64,000 nucleotides of DNA from Acidimicrobiia bacterium (lineage in GTDB: Bacteria; Actinomycetota; Acidimicrobiia; Spongiisociales; ZC4RG35). Below the pieces are notes generated by a model. It made no database searches and had not been told where the DNA came from. It worked only from the letters and a program-made list of their open reading frames with translations. Positions 28,634 to 37,172 of this stretch are shown in pieces (positions within the stretch are counted from its first letter, which is position 1; every line of letters begins with the position of its first letter). The DNA is taken from positions 18,269 through 82,268 of the forward strand of contig JAWOJB010000028.1 in assembly GCA_046484325.1 (NCBI GenBank), in the 5' to 3' direction. The translations under genes were made by a program, and so were the position numbers.

Positions 28634-30559
28634 GTGATGGTGGGAGAGCAACGCACCGACCCTCGGGCCATCGTGATGGCCGCCTTCGGGTGCGTCCTCG
28701 GCCTCGAGTCGGTGCGGGTCGCCATCGCCTCGATCGCCTGGTGGCTGCGCGACACCGTCGGGGTCGGCACGCTCGACCTGATCCCCGTGACCCTGGCACC
28801 TTTCCTGGCTGCCGCCCTCTTCCCGCTGCTCGCTCGCGTACTCGGGATGGCCAGGGGGCTGGCGGTGGCAGTGGGCGTCCTGGCCGTCGCCCGCCTGATC
28901 GTGCAGATGGCCGACAGCCCGGCGCTCCTGTTCGGTGCGGCGGCAGTCGGGGCGGCTGCCTTCGTCGGCCTGCTTCCCCTGCTGCTCTCGCTCGGACGAC
29001 CCGTGCTCATGGCGGGGTTCCTGCTCGGCCTGGCTCTCGACGCGGTCGTCAAGGGTCTCGGGGGGAGTCTCGACCTCGCCTATCGATCGGGGGCGGGGGC
29101 GACGGCGGCTGCGATCGCGCTGATCGCCGGATTCGTCTCGCTGGCTGTGTCCGTGCTCCGCTCCCCCGTCGAATGCCGCGGTCCGGGGTGGTCGGATGCC
29201 TGGCCGCTGATCGGCTTCGGCCCTCTGCTGTTCGTGCAGGCCGCGGTCCTCCAGGCGCCGGGGTGGGTCTCCGAGGTCGCCGGCATCCCACCGGCCGCGG
29301 CGCCGGTGGTCATCACCGCCGGCAACCTGCTGGCGCTCGTGGCCGTCGCACGGCTGAATGGAAACCGCCGCTGGATGGTCGCGGGATCCGTGGTCCTCAC
29401 CGGGGTGGTCCTCCTGGCCGAGCAGCCCGGCACGTGGTTCGTCCTCGGCGTGCCTGCGGCCATCGCAGCGTCGGGGCTCGTCTGGTCGGCGATGGTGCGC
29501 GAACCCGATCGCTCCCGGCTCGGGCCTTCGGCGTCCGCACTCGTCACCGGCGGCATCCTCTTCGTGGTGCTCGGCCTTGCCTTCTATCTCCCCCTGGATC
29601 TCCGACTCCCCTTTACCCAGAGCCGCCTGCTCCAGGTGGTGGCCATCGTCCTCGGGCTCGTCGGCCTGCTCGCCGCCGTCGGCCGCCCGGAGCCGAGACC
29701 CTCGGCGGAGAGCTCACCCCTCGCCGGCATCCCCGCTCTCGCCGGGATCCTCGTCGTGGCATCGACGGTCCCCCTGGTGCTCGCGGTCGTGAACCGGCCG
29801 GTCGGCCCCACCAGCACCGGGTTGCCGGTGACGGTGATGAGCTACAACCTGCACTCCGGCTTCGACACGAGCGGACGAATGGACCTCGAGGCCATCGCCC
29901 GGGTGATCGAGGAGTCGGGGGCCGAGATCGTGGGTCTCCAGGAGGTCGACCGGAGCCAGCTTCTCAACGCCGGGACCGATGTGTTCGGATACCTGCAGCA
30001 GCGGCTCCGCATGCCATACGCCGCCTTCTTCGGGACCACGGTGCCGGTGTGGGGGAACGCCGTCCTCAGCCGCCACCCGATCCTCGGCACCGAGACGGTG
30101 CATCTGCCCACGGTGGGGACGCCGATGCGGCGGGGCTACCTGGGGACCCGGATCGACCTCGGCGAGGGCACCGAGATCCTCTTCGTCTCCACGCATCTCC
30201 AGCACATCAACGACTCCGCCGCCCATGAGGAGGACCCCGAAGCCGACCTCCTCCCGGTTCACACCGAGCAGATCGGCACGATCCTCGGGGCCTGGGGAGA
30301 TCGCACGGCGACCATCCTGGTCGGCGACTTCAACGCCCGGCCGGGGTGGCGCCAGCTGGATCTGCTGTTCGACGCCGGCTTCGTCGACGCCTGGGAGCAG
30401 GCGGGATCGGGCCCCGGGTACACGGCCAACGCCGCCGATCCCCGGTACCGCATCGACTGGATCTTCCACACCGGCGACCTGGCCACCACTGAGGCCCAGG
30501 TGATCGAATCCCGCGCCTCGGATCACTTCGCCGTCGTTGCGGTGATCGATCGCAACTGA
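28634..30559 (+). CDS. Polytopic membrane protein with C-terminal endonuclease/exonuclease/phosphatase domain
   Basis: About 12 hydrophobic segments, then SYNLH, LQEVD, GNAVLSR, THL, GDFN, IDWIF, SDH. Confidence 0.88.
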   Translation: MMVGEQRTDPRAIVMAAFGCVLGLESVRVAIASIAWWLRDTVGVGTLDLIPVTLAPFLAAALFPLLARVLGMARGLAVAVGVLAVARLIVQMADSPALLFGAAAVGAAAFVGLLPLLLSLGRPVLMAGFLLGLALDAVVKGLGGSLDLAYRSGAGATAAAIALIAGFVSLAVSVLRSPVECRGPGWSDAWPLIGFGPLLFVQAAVLQAPGWVSEVAGIPPAAAPVVITAGNLLALVAVARLNGNRRWMVAGSVVLTGVVLLAEQPGTWFVLGVPAAIAASGLVWSAMVREPDRSRLGPSASALVTGGILFVVLGLAFYLPLDLRLPFTQSRLLQVVAIVLGLVGLLAAVGRPEPRPSAESSPLAGIPALAGILVVASTVPLVLAVVNRPVGPTSTGLPVTVMSYNLHSGFDTSGRMDLEAIARVIEESGAEIVGLQEVDRSQLLNAGTDVFGYLQQRLRMPYAAFFGTTVPVWGNAVLSRHPILGTETVHLPTVGTPMRRGYLGTRIDLGEGTEILFVSTHLQHINDSAAHEEDPEADLLPVHTEQIGTILGAWGDRTATILVGDFNARPGWRQLDLLFDAGFVDAWEQAGSGPGYTANAADPRYRIDWIFHTGDLATTEAQVIESRASDHFAVVAVIDRN

Positions 30560-30575
30560 GGGCCGGCCCCGGCGC

Positions 30576-30662
30576 CGAACCGTGGGCCGCCGAACACGAC
30601 CCGTGTGTTCTCCAACCCTGGGTTGCAGAACACACCCACCGTGGTCCACAGCCCACGGTTCG
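30576..30662. repeat. Full-length palindromic repeat, family 1
   Basis: 12-bp terminal IR CGAACCGTGGGC/GCCCACGGTTCG; inner stem GTGTGTTCT/AGAACACAC around CAACCC-T-GGGTTG. Confidence 0.85.
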
Positions 30663-30744
30663 TCCGGAGGAGGAGCCGGACTTCCTGCCCTGGACCGGGG
30701 CGCGAGATTCCGGTATGTGTGACACAACCACTCGGAAGGCGCCC

Positions 30745-32100
30745 ATGACCACGATCGGCATCGATGAGGATCTCAACCTCCACCACATCGCCAGATCCCA
30801 GTTCGACCGGGCGGTCCCCTTCAACCCCGAGCTGCGGGGCTGGCGGGGGATCGCCGAATGGCTGTTCGAGCCCGACCGCATCGTCCAGGTGACCCTCCCG
30901 GTGCGGATGGACGACGGCTTCGTCCACATCTTCACCGGCTACCGGGTTCTCCACTCGAGTGTTCGAGGGCCCGGCAAGGGCGGCGTGCGGTTCCATCCCC
31001 AGGCGGGGCCCGACGAGGTGATGGCTCTCGCCACCTGGATGACCTGGAAGTGCGCCCTCCTCGACATCCCCTTCGGAGGGGCAAAGGGGGGCGTGGTCTG
31101 TGACCCCCATCGCCTGTCGGACGGCGAGAAGGAGCGGATCACCCGGCGCCTCACCTCGGCTCTCGGCGACATGATCGGCCCGCACACCGACATCCCGGCC
31201 CCCGACCTCTACACCGACGCCCAAACCATGGCCTGGATCTACGACACGTACTCGATGATGCACCGGGGGGAGGCCAACCTGCCCGTGGTCACCGGGAAGC
31301 CGGTCGAGTTGGGCGGCCTGGCGGCTCGGGCCGGTGCCACAGCCCGTGGGGCCTTCTACGCCACCGAGCACTTCCTCGGGATCGGCGGAGTGCCCGGACT
31401 CTCCTCGGTCGAGGGAGCCACGGTGGCCATCCAGGGCTTCGGGAACGCCGGAAGGCACGCCGCCCAGTTCTTCCGCGATGCCGGTGCGGTCATCGTGGCG
31501 GTGTCCGACTCGAGAGGCGGATCCCACGCGCCCGGTGGCCTCGAACCGAGCGCGGCCGGTGCCCACAAGGATGACACCGGCAGCGTTGCCGGGCTGGCCG
31601 GAACCGAGACGATCTCCTCGGCCGGGGTGCTCGAGGTCCCCTGCGACATCCTCGTCCCGGCAGCCCTGGAGACCCAGATCACGGCCGAGAACGCCGCTCG
31701 CGTCCAGGCCCGGCTCGTGGTCGAGGCCGCCAATGGCCCGACCACGCCCGCCGCCGACACGATCCTCTTCGACCGGGGCGTCAAGGTGCTGCCCGACATC
31801 CTCGCCAGTGCCGGCGGCGTGGTCGTCAGCTACTTCGAGTGGGCCCAGAACATCGAAAACCAGCAGTGGGACGAGGTCGACGTCACCGAGCGGCTCCGGA
31901 CCAAGATGCAGCGGGCGACCGAGGTCGTGGCGACCCGGCGGGCGACCCTGGTCGAGGGACTCGACGGGTACCGCGCCCGCTGGCACGAGGTGATGCCGAA
32001 CGCCCCCGAGATCCCCGTGCCCGATCTCCGGACTGCCGCCACGGTGGTGGCGATCCAGCGATGCCGCGACGCCACCGTCCAGCGGGGCGTATGGCCGTGA
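30745..32100 (+). CDS. gdhA: Glu/Leu/Phe/Val dehydrogenase
   Basis: GPGKGGVRFHP, MTWKCA, GGAKGG, DIPAPD, VTGKP, QGFGNAG, EAANGP, GGVVVSYFEW. Confidence 0.92.
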   Translation: MTTIGIDEDLNLHHIARSQFDRAVPFNPELRGWRGIAEWLFEPDRIVQVTLPVRMDDGFVHIFTGYRVLHSSVRGPGKGGVRFHPQAGPDEVMALATWMTWKCALLDIPFGGAKGGVVCDPHRLSDGEKERITRRLTSALGDMIGPHTDIPAPDLYTDAQTMAWIYDTYSMMHRGEANLPVVTGKPVELGGLAARAGATARGAFYATEHFLGIGGVPGLSSVEGATVAIQGFGNAGRHAAQFFRDAGAVIVAVSDSRGGSHAPGGLEPSAAGAHKDDTGSVAGLAGTETISSAGVLEVPCDILVPAALETQITAENAARVQARLVVEAANGPTTPAADTILFDRGVKVLPDILASAGGVVVSYFEWAQNIENQQWDEVDVTERLRTKMQRATEVVATRRATLVEGLDGYRARWHEVMPNAPEIPVPDLRTAATVVAIQRCRDATVQRGVWP

Positions 32101-32116
32101 CCGCGGCGCCGGCCGA

Positions 32117-35100
32117 TCAGGACCCGGTCGGCTGAATCGTCCGGGAGCGGGTCAGGACGAGGGCGCCTCCGGCCCCGAGCGCCGAACCGCGGTTCCAGGC
32201 CTGCGTGAAGCTTTGCTCGCCCAGCGAGTCCCGGGCGTCGGCGACGACCTCGTCGGTCGGGATCCCGCCCACCACCTCCGAGGGCGCCCGGGGCCCGAGG
32301 ATCGCCTCGCCGGCTCCGAGCATGGAGACCGCCGTCTCGTGGTCGCCCGAGGCATGGAAGGCGGTGGCGAGGGCGCGCAGCGCCAGCACCACCCCGCGCA
32401 GGTCCCCCGCCTGCATGCAGAGCGCCAGGCTCTCGGCCAGCGCCGATCGGCCTCGCTCCAGCTCCGTCTGACGGAGGGCGGTGAGCCCGACGTGGAGCAG
32501 GTACTCGCCGAGTGCCGCCCGGGCACCCACCTGTCCCTCGGTGAGCTTGGCGCGATCCCGGTTGACCTCGACGATGGCCTGGAGCTCGGCCGTGCTGGGG
32601 TTGCCCTGGATCATCGTCTTGAGCTCGAACAGGTTGTTCGACGCCTCCTCGGACAGGCTGAACCCCTCGAGCACCGACCGGTACAGCGACAGGGCGTGCT
32701 CGTGGTTGCCCCCCAGCCAGGCCATCGCCCCGAGCCCGGCATCGGCGTGGGCCACACCGAGCGGGTCCCCAGCCCGTTCCAGCTCGTCCCTCCCCTCGGC
32801 ATAGCACCGAGCGGCCAGCTGGTAGTCGCCCTCGTCCCGGGCCAGCGCACCGAGACGGAGCAGCGACCAGCCCTGGTCGAGTGTCCCGGTGTGGCGGAGG
32901 AACACCTGGTGGCTCTCGTCCATGAAGCGGCGCGCCTCGGCCAGGTCCCCGCTCAACCGGGCCATCGTCCCTCGCATCGCCAGTGTCCAGGCCAGGCCCC
33001 ACTGATCCCCGAACCGCCGGCTCATCTCCTCCGCCTCGTCGGCGAGCACGTCGGCCTCGTCGGTTGCGTCTCGGAACCAGGCGAGGGTGGCCAGGTGGTA
33101 GACCTGGCGGGCCTCTCCCCTGCCGTCGCCGATCGAGCGGTAGAGCTCGCGAGACTCGGTGAGAGCCGCCCGGGCCCGCTCGAAGTCGAAGCGGCGGATG
33201 GCGAGCAGACCCAGACCGTTGAGGGCACGGGCCACGACTTCCGGGGCGGCCTCGCCACGGTTCGTCAGGGCACCCTCCAACCGTGACCATCCCTCGCTCA
33301 CGTCGCGCCGGATCACCCAGTACCACCGAAGCGCACCGGCGAGCCGGAGGACCTCGGCCGGTTCGCCGGCCTCCTCGAGGTACCCGAGCGCCGAGCGGAG
33401 GTTGTAACGGTCTCGATCGAGCCGGTCCGACCACAGCTTCTGTTGCAGGCCGTGGAGCCGGCGGTCCGCCTCCTCGGCGAGCTGGGTGAAGAACCTGGCA
33501 TGGCGGCGGCGGTAGACGTCGGTCTCGCCCAGTACCTCGAGCCGTCTGCGGGCGTAGTGCCCGACCGGCTCGAGAAGCCGGTACCGAATTGGATCCGTTC
33601 CCGCCGCCTCGAGGAGGGAGGTCTCGACCAGCCGGCCCAGGAGGTCGAGCACCTGCCCGCGCCCGACCTCTCCGCCCGGGCACACATCCTCGGCGGCCTC
33701 GAGCGAGAAACCTCCCGAGAATACGGAAAGGCGGGCGAAGAGCAGCTGCTCGATCGGTGCCAGCGAGTCGTGGCTCCAATCCAGGGTGGTCTCGAGGGTC
33801 TGTTGGTGGGGTGGGACGTCCCGGTCTCGTCCGGTCAGCAGGGCGAACTGCTGGTCGAGCCGTTCCACCAGCTGCCACGGGGACAGCATCTTCAGCCTGG
33901 CGGCGGCGAGCTCGATCGCCAGCGGGATGCCATCCAACCGCCGGCAGATCTCGGCGACGAGCGCCCCATTCTCCGGCGTGATCTGGAAACCGGGCTGCAC
34001 CACCCGCGCCCGTTCGACGAAAAGGGCCACCGAGTCGTAGGAGGAGAGCTCGGCGATGCTGCGAGCCCCGGACGCCGGTACGGCCATCGGTGCGACGTGG
34101 ATCAGCATCTCGCCCCTGATCGCCAGCCATTCCCGGCTCGTCACCAGGATGTGCACGTCGGTGCTCGACTCGAGGATGCGCTGGGCGAGCCCGGCGACGG
34201 CATCGATCAGGTGCTCGCAGCCGTCGAGGATCAGCAGCGCCGACGCCCGGGAGAGGCGGGCGGCGAGGGTGTCGACCATGTCCTGGGAGGGATTCTCGGT
34301 GATCCGCAGCTGACGGGCGACGGCGGCGGCGAGCATCGCCTCGTCGACCACTCGCAACACCTCAACGAGCCAGATGCCGTCAGGAAACCTTCCCGAGACC
34401 TGGGGGGCGACAGCCAATGCGAGGCTGGTCTTGCCCACCCCGGCAGAACCGGTGAGCGTGACGAGACGGTGCTCGCCGACCGCGTCGGCGGCCCGCCGGG
34501 CCTCGTCACGACGGCCGATGAAGGAGAAGGTCCGCTGCGGGAGGTTTCCCTTGACCCCCGAGGTCGTCGAGAGCGGCGGGAACTCTCGGGGAAGCCCGCT
34601 GATGCTGAGTTGGTACAGGTGCTCCTCGTGGACGAGGTCTTTGAGGGCGTGGCTTCCCAGATCCTCCAGGAACGTCCCCTCGGGGAGGCTGTACTCGGTG
34701 AGTCTGGCGGTGGCCTCCGACAGGACGATCTGGCCGCCGTGGCCGCCGGCGGCGATCCGGGCGGCTCGGTGCACGTCGATCCCCACGTAGTCCCCTCCCC
34801 CGAGCTTCCCCTCCCCGGTGTGGATGCCGATCCGCACCCGGACCTCGTGCCCGTGGGGCCACGACTCGGCTCCGAGGGCCCGCTGAATGTCGGCGGCACA
34901 CGTCACAGCGGCGACCGCCGAGCGGAAGGCCACGAAGAGCCCGTCGCCCTCGATCTTCACCACCACCCCGCCGGCGGCGTCCACGGCGTTCTCGATGATG
35001 GCGTGATGACGCTCGAGCACCGCCGAATATCCATCACCCAGCGACTGGAGCAGCCGCGTCGAGCCCTCGACGTCGGAGAACACGAAGGTGACGGTCCCCA

Positions 35101-35125
35101 GTGGAAGTTCCTGCCGCTCGGCCAT
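32117..35125 (-). CDS. Class III adenylate/guanylate cyclase - STAND ATPase - TPR protein
   Basis: FSDVEGST, KIEGDG, RIGIHTG; Walker A GSAGVGKT, LILDGCE, LDGIPLAIELAAA; helical TPR-like tail. Confidence 0.92.
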   Translation of the reverse strand: MAERQELPLGTVTFVFSDVEGSTRLLQSLGDGYSAVLERHHAIIENAVDAAGGVVVKIEGDGLFVAFRSAVAAVTCAADIQRALGAESWPHGHEVRVRIGIHTGEGKLGGGDYVGIDVHRAARIAAGGHGGQIVLSEATARLTEYSLPEGTFLEDLGSHALKDLVHEEHLYQLSISGLPREFPPLSTTSGVKGNLPQRTFSFIGRRDEARRAADAVGEHRLVTLTGSAGVGKTSLALAVAPQVSGRFPDGIWLVEVLRVVDEAMLAAAVARQLRITENPSQDMVDTLAARLSRASALLILDGCEHLIDAVAGLAQRILESSTDVHILVTSREWLAIRGEMLIHVAPMAVPASGARSIAELSSYDSVALFVERARVVQPGFQITPENGALVAEICRRLDGIPLAIELAAARLKMLSPWQLVERLDQQFALLTGRDRDVPPHQQTLETTLDWSHDSLAPIEQLLFARLSVFSGGFSLEAAEDVCPGGEVGRGQVLDLLGRLVETSLLEAAGTDPIRYRLLEPVGHYARRRLEVLGETDVYRRRHARFFTQLAEEADRRLHGLQQKLWSDRLDRDRYNLRSALGYLEEAGEPAEVLRLAGALRWYWVIRRDVSEGWSRLEGALTNRGEAAPEVVARALNGLGLLAIRRFDFERARAALTESRELYRSIGDGRGEARQVYHLATLAWFRDATDEADVLADEAEEMSRRFGDQWGLAWTLAMRGTMARLSGDLAEARRFMDESHQVFLRHTGTLDQGWSLLRLGALARDEGDYQLAARCYAEGRDELERAGDPLGVAHADAGLGAMAWLGGNHEHALSLYRSVLEGFSLSEEASNNLFELKTMIQGNPSTAELQAIVEVNRDRAKLTEGQVGARAALGEYLLHVGLTALRQTELERGRSALAESLALCMQAGDLRGVVLALRALATAFHASGDHETAVSMLGAGEAILGPRAPSEVVGGIPTDEVVADARDSLGEQSFTQAWNRGSALGAGGALVLTRSRTIQPTGS

Positions 35126-35228
35126 GCCACCGGCAAGCTACCAACATCCTCGCGACCCGGTGGGGGGTGTTGCCACTCGCATGACCAGCCGCCACCGGTA
35201 GCCTGGTCGGCGTACACCCCGGAAGGTC

Positions 35229-37076
35229 ATGCGCATCCGGATCATCCCGGCCGTGCTGGTGGTTCTCCTCGCGACGGCGTGCGGCCAGAGCGGACCAGAG
35301 CCGACCTCCACGACCAGCACCAGCACGACGCTCGCACCTCCGTCCGCCTCCACCGGCGCGCAGGCGGAGGTGATCGACGTGCTCGCGCTCGCCTCCCACC
35401 CGAACGGAGCGCAGATGCGGGTGAGCCGCATCGAGATATTCGACGATGCGGTCCTCGTCTACGGGGGGATCGTCAACGGATCACCGTTCGGTCTCGTGAT
35501 CTCCCGGGGGCTCACCGAGCTCCGGTCGAGTGACGGCAGGACGGCTGCGTTGATCGAGCCGGTGGAGTCGACGCCGATCGGTGCCGGCGACGACTTCGAG
35601 TTCATCCTCAGGTTCCAGCCGCTCCCCGACGCCGAAGCGGTCACGCTGGTGGTGAACGCCGGGGCCGGCTCGTCGCCGACGAACCCCAACTCGAACGCAC
35701 CGTGGTTCGAGCTGGGCCCGCTGGCTCTCGACGTGGACGCGACGAGGGTCGCCCTCCCCGAGCCGGTCCCGGTCCGGCGCTCGACGGTGGGGGCCACCGG
35801 CGTCGAGCTCCAGCTCGAGGGGATCGTCTTCACCGAGACCCGCATCGGTGCCTGGGTTCGGATCTCCAACCCGGGCACGGTCCTGGCGTCGATCTCGCCG
35901 ACGATCGCCCCCAGCGTGATCGTCGATGACCTCGGCAACCGATATCCGCTGATCCTTCCCGAAGGTGCCGGTTCGATCGACATCCCCGCCGGGACGGCCC
36001 GCAGTGGCGTGCTCTCGTTCGGCGGACGCATCCACCCTGATGCAGCCACCCTCAGCATGGGGCTCAACGCCGGTCAGCGTGGTGACACGGGGACGCGCAC
36101 CGTCGTGTACCCGCAGCTGGTGGTCGAGGACATCTCCCTGGCCGGGCAGGCCACCGCCGCCGCCCTCCCCGACGCCATCCAGGCCGACGCCACGATCCCC
36201 CATCCGAACGGCGTCGAGGTCGGTCTGGGGCGCCTGAGCTTCGGCGCGACCGAGAGCCAGGCCGAATTGGTGATCTCGAACCCGGGTGATCGAGCGGTCG
36301 CACTGGCCGGGGCTCCCACCGTGCTCATCGACGATCTCGGCAACGCCTACCCGCTCGTACCTCCGGCCGGCAACAGCGGGTTGGTGGTGGAGGCTGGGAC
36401 CAGCCTGGAAGGGACCTTCGTGTTCTCCGGCCGGATCGACGACCGGGCCACCCTCGTCAGACTCGTGGTCAACGCCGGGGAATCGACCACGGATCCCGGC
36501 ACCCTGCTGCCTTCGATGGAGTTCGGCCCCTTCGAGCTCACGAGGAGCGACGACATCGCCGAGCCCGTCGAGGCCCGGGTGTTCGCGGTCGGGCCCCGGA
36601 GCCGCCTCGTCGACGACATCCTCGCCGACTCCCAGGTCGATCGGATCACCCAGACCCTCGAGCAGTTCGGGGCGAGCGAGGTCGACGGCGGGTTCAGCCT
36701 GACGTTGCCAGATGCCATCCTGTTCGACTTCGGCAGCCGGGACCTCCGGCCCGACGCCGCCCAGGCGCTGACGCTGGTGGCCGAGGTGCTGCGCTACTTC
36801 GAGGGGGACGCCGTGATCGTGGTCGGCCACACCGATTCCATCGGGAGCGAGGCGTTCAACCAGCGGCTGTCGGAGCAGCGCGCCGAAGGTGTCGCCGCCG
36901 CGCTCGTGGGCGACCACGACATCCCGTCCGAGCGTCTCACCGCCGAGGGTCGGGGTGCGAGCGAGCCGGTCGCCGCGAACACGAATCCGGATGGTTCCGA
37001 CAACCCCGAGGGTCGTCAGCTCAATCGGCGGGTCGAGATCGTGGTTCTCACCGACCGCCCCCTGCCCGGATCGTGA
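35229..37076 (+). CDS. Lipoprotein with three tandem beta-sandwich repeats and C-terminal OmpA-like domain
   Basis: Lipobox LATAC; repeated HPNG / DDLGNxYPL / LVVNAG units; ILFDFG, GHTDSIG, NQRLSEQRA, NRRVEI. Confidence 0.9.
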   Translation: MRIRIIPAVLVVLLATACGQSGPEPTSTTSTSTTLAPPSASTGAQAEVIDVLALASHPNGAQMRVSRIEIFDDAVLVYGGIVNGSPFGLVISRGLTELRSSDGRTAALIEPVESTPIGAGDDFEFILRFQPLPDAEAVTLVVNAGAGSSPTNPNSNAPWFELGPLALDVDATRVALPEPVPVRRSTVGATGVELQLEGIVFTETRIGAWVRISNPGTVLASISPTIAPSVIVDDLGNRYPLILPEGAGSIDIPAGTARSGVLSFGGRIHPDAATLSMGLNAGQRGDTGTRTVVYPQLVVEDISLAGQATAAALPDAIQADATIPHPNGVEVGLGRLSFGATESQAELVISNPGDRAVALAGAPTVLIDDLGNAYPLVPPAGNSGLVVEAGTSLEGTFVFSGRIDDRATLVRLVVNAGESTTDPGTLLPSMEFGPFELTRSDDIAEPVEARVFAVGPRSRLVDDILADSQVDRITQTLEQFGASEVDGGFSLTLPDAILFDFGSRDLRPDAAQALTLVAEVLRYFEGDAVIVVGHTDSIGSEAFNQRLSEQRAEGVAAALVGDHDIPSERLTAEGRGASEPVAANTNPDGSDNPEGRQLNRRVEIVVLTDRPLPGS

Positions 37077-37080
37077 GCGC

Positions 37081-37126
37081 TTCATTGAGCAACCGTATGT
37101 CTCCCGTCCCCTCCGTTGCTCAATGA
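37081..37126. repeat. 46-bp palindromic repeat, family 2 copy 2
   Basis: TTCATTGAGCA-N24-TTGCTCAATGA. Confidence 0.75.
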
Positions 37127-37172
37127 TGAGCGGGTGGGCCGTCCCCCTTCCCCGGGCGGGTCGGGAGCGGCC

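Noticed and set aside
30576-30662. Integron attC site
   Set aside because: Has AAC/GTT ends, but R boxes fit poorly, copies are scattered in both orientations, and there is no integrase or cassette array
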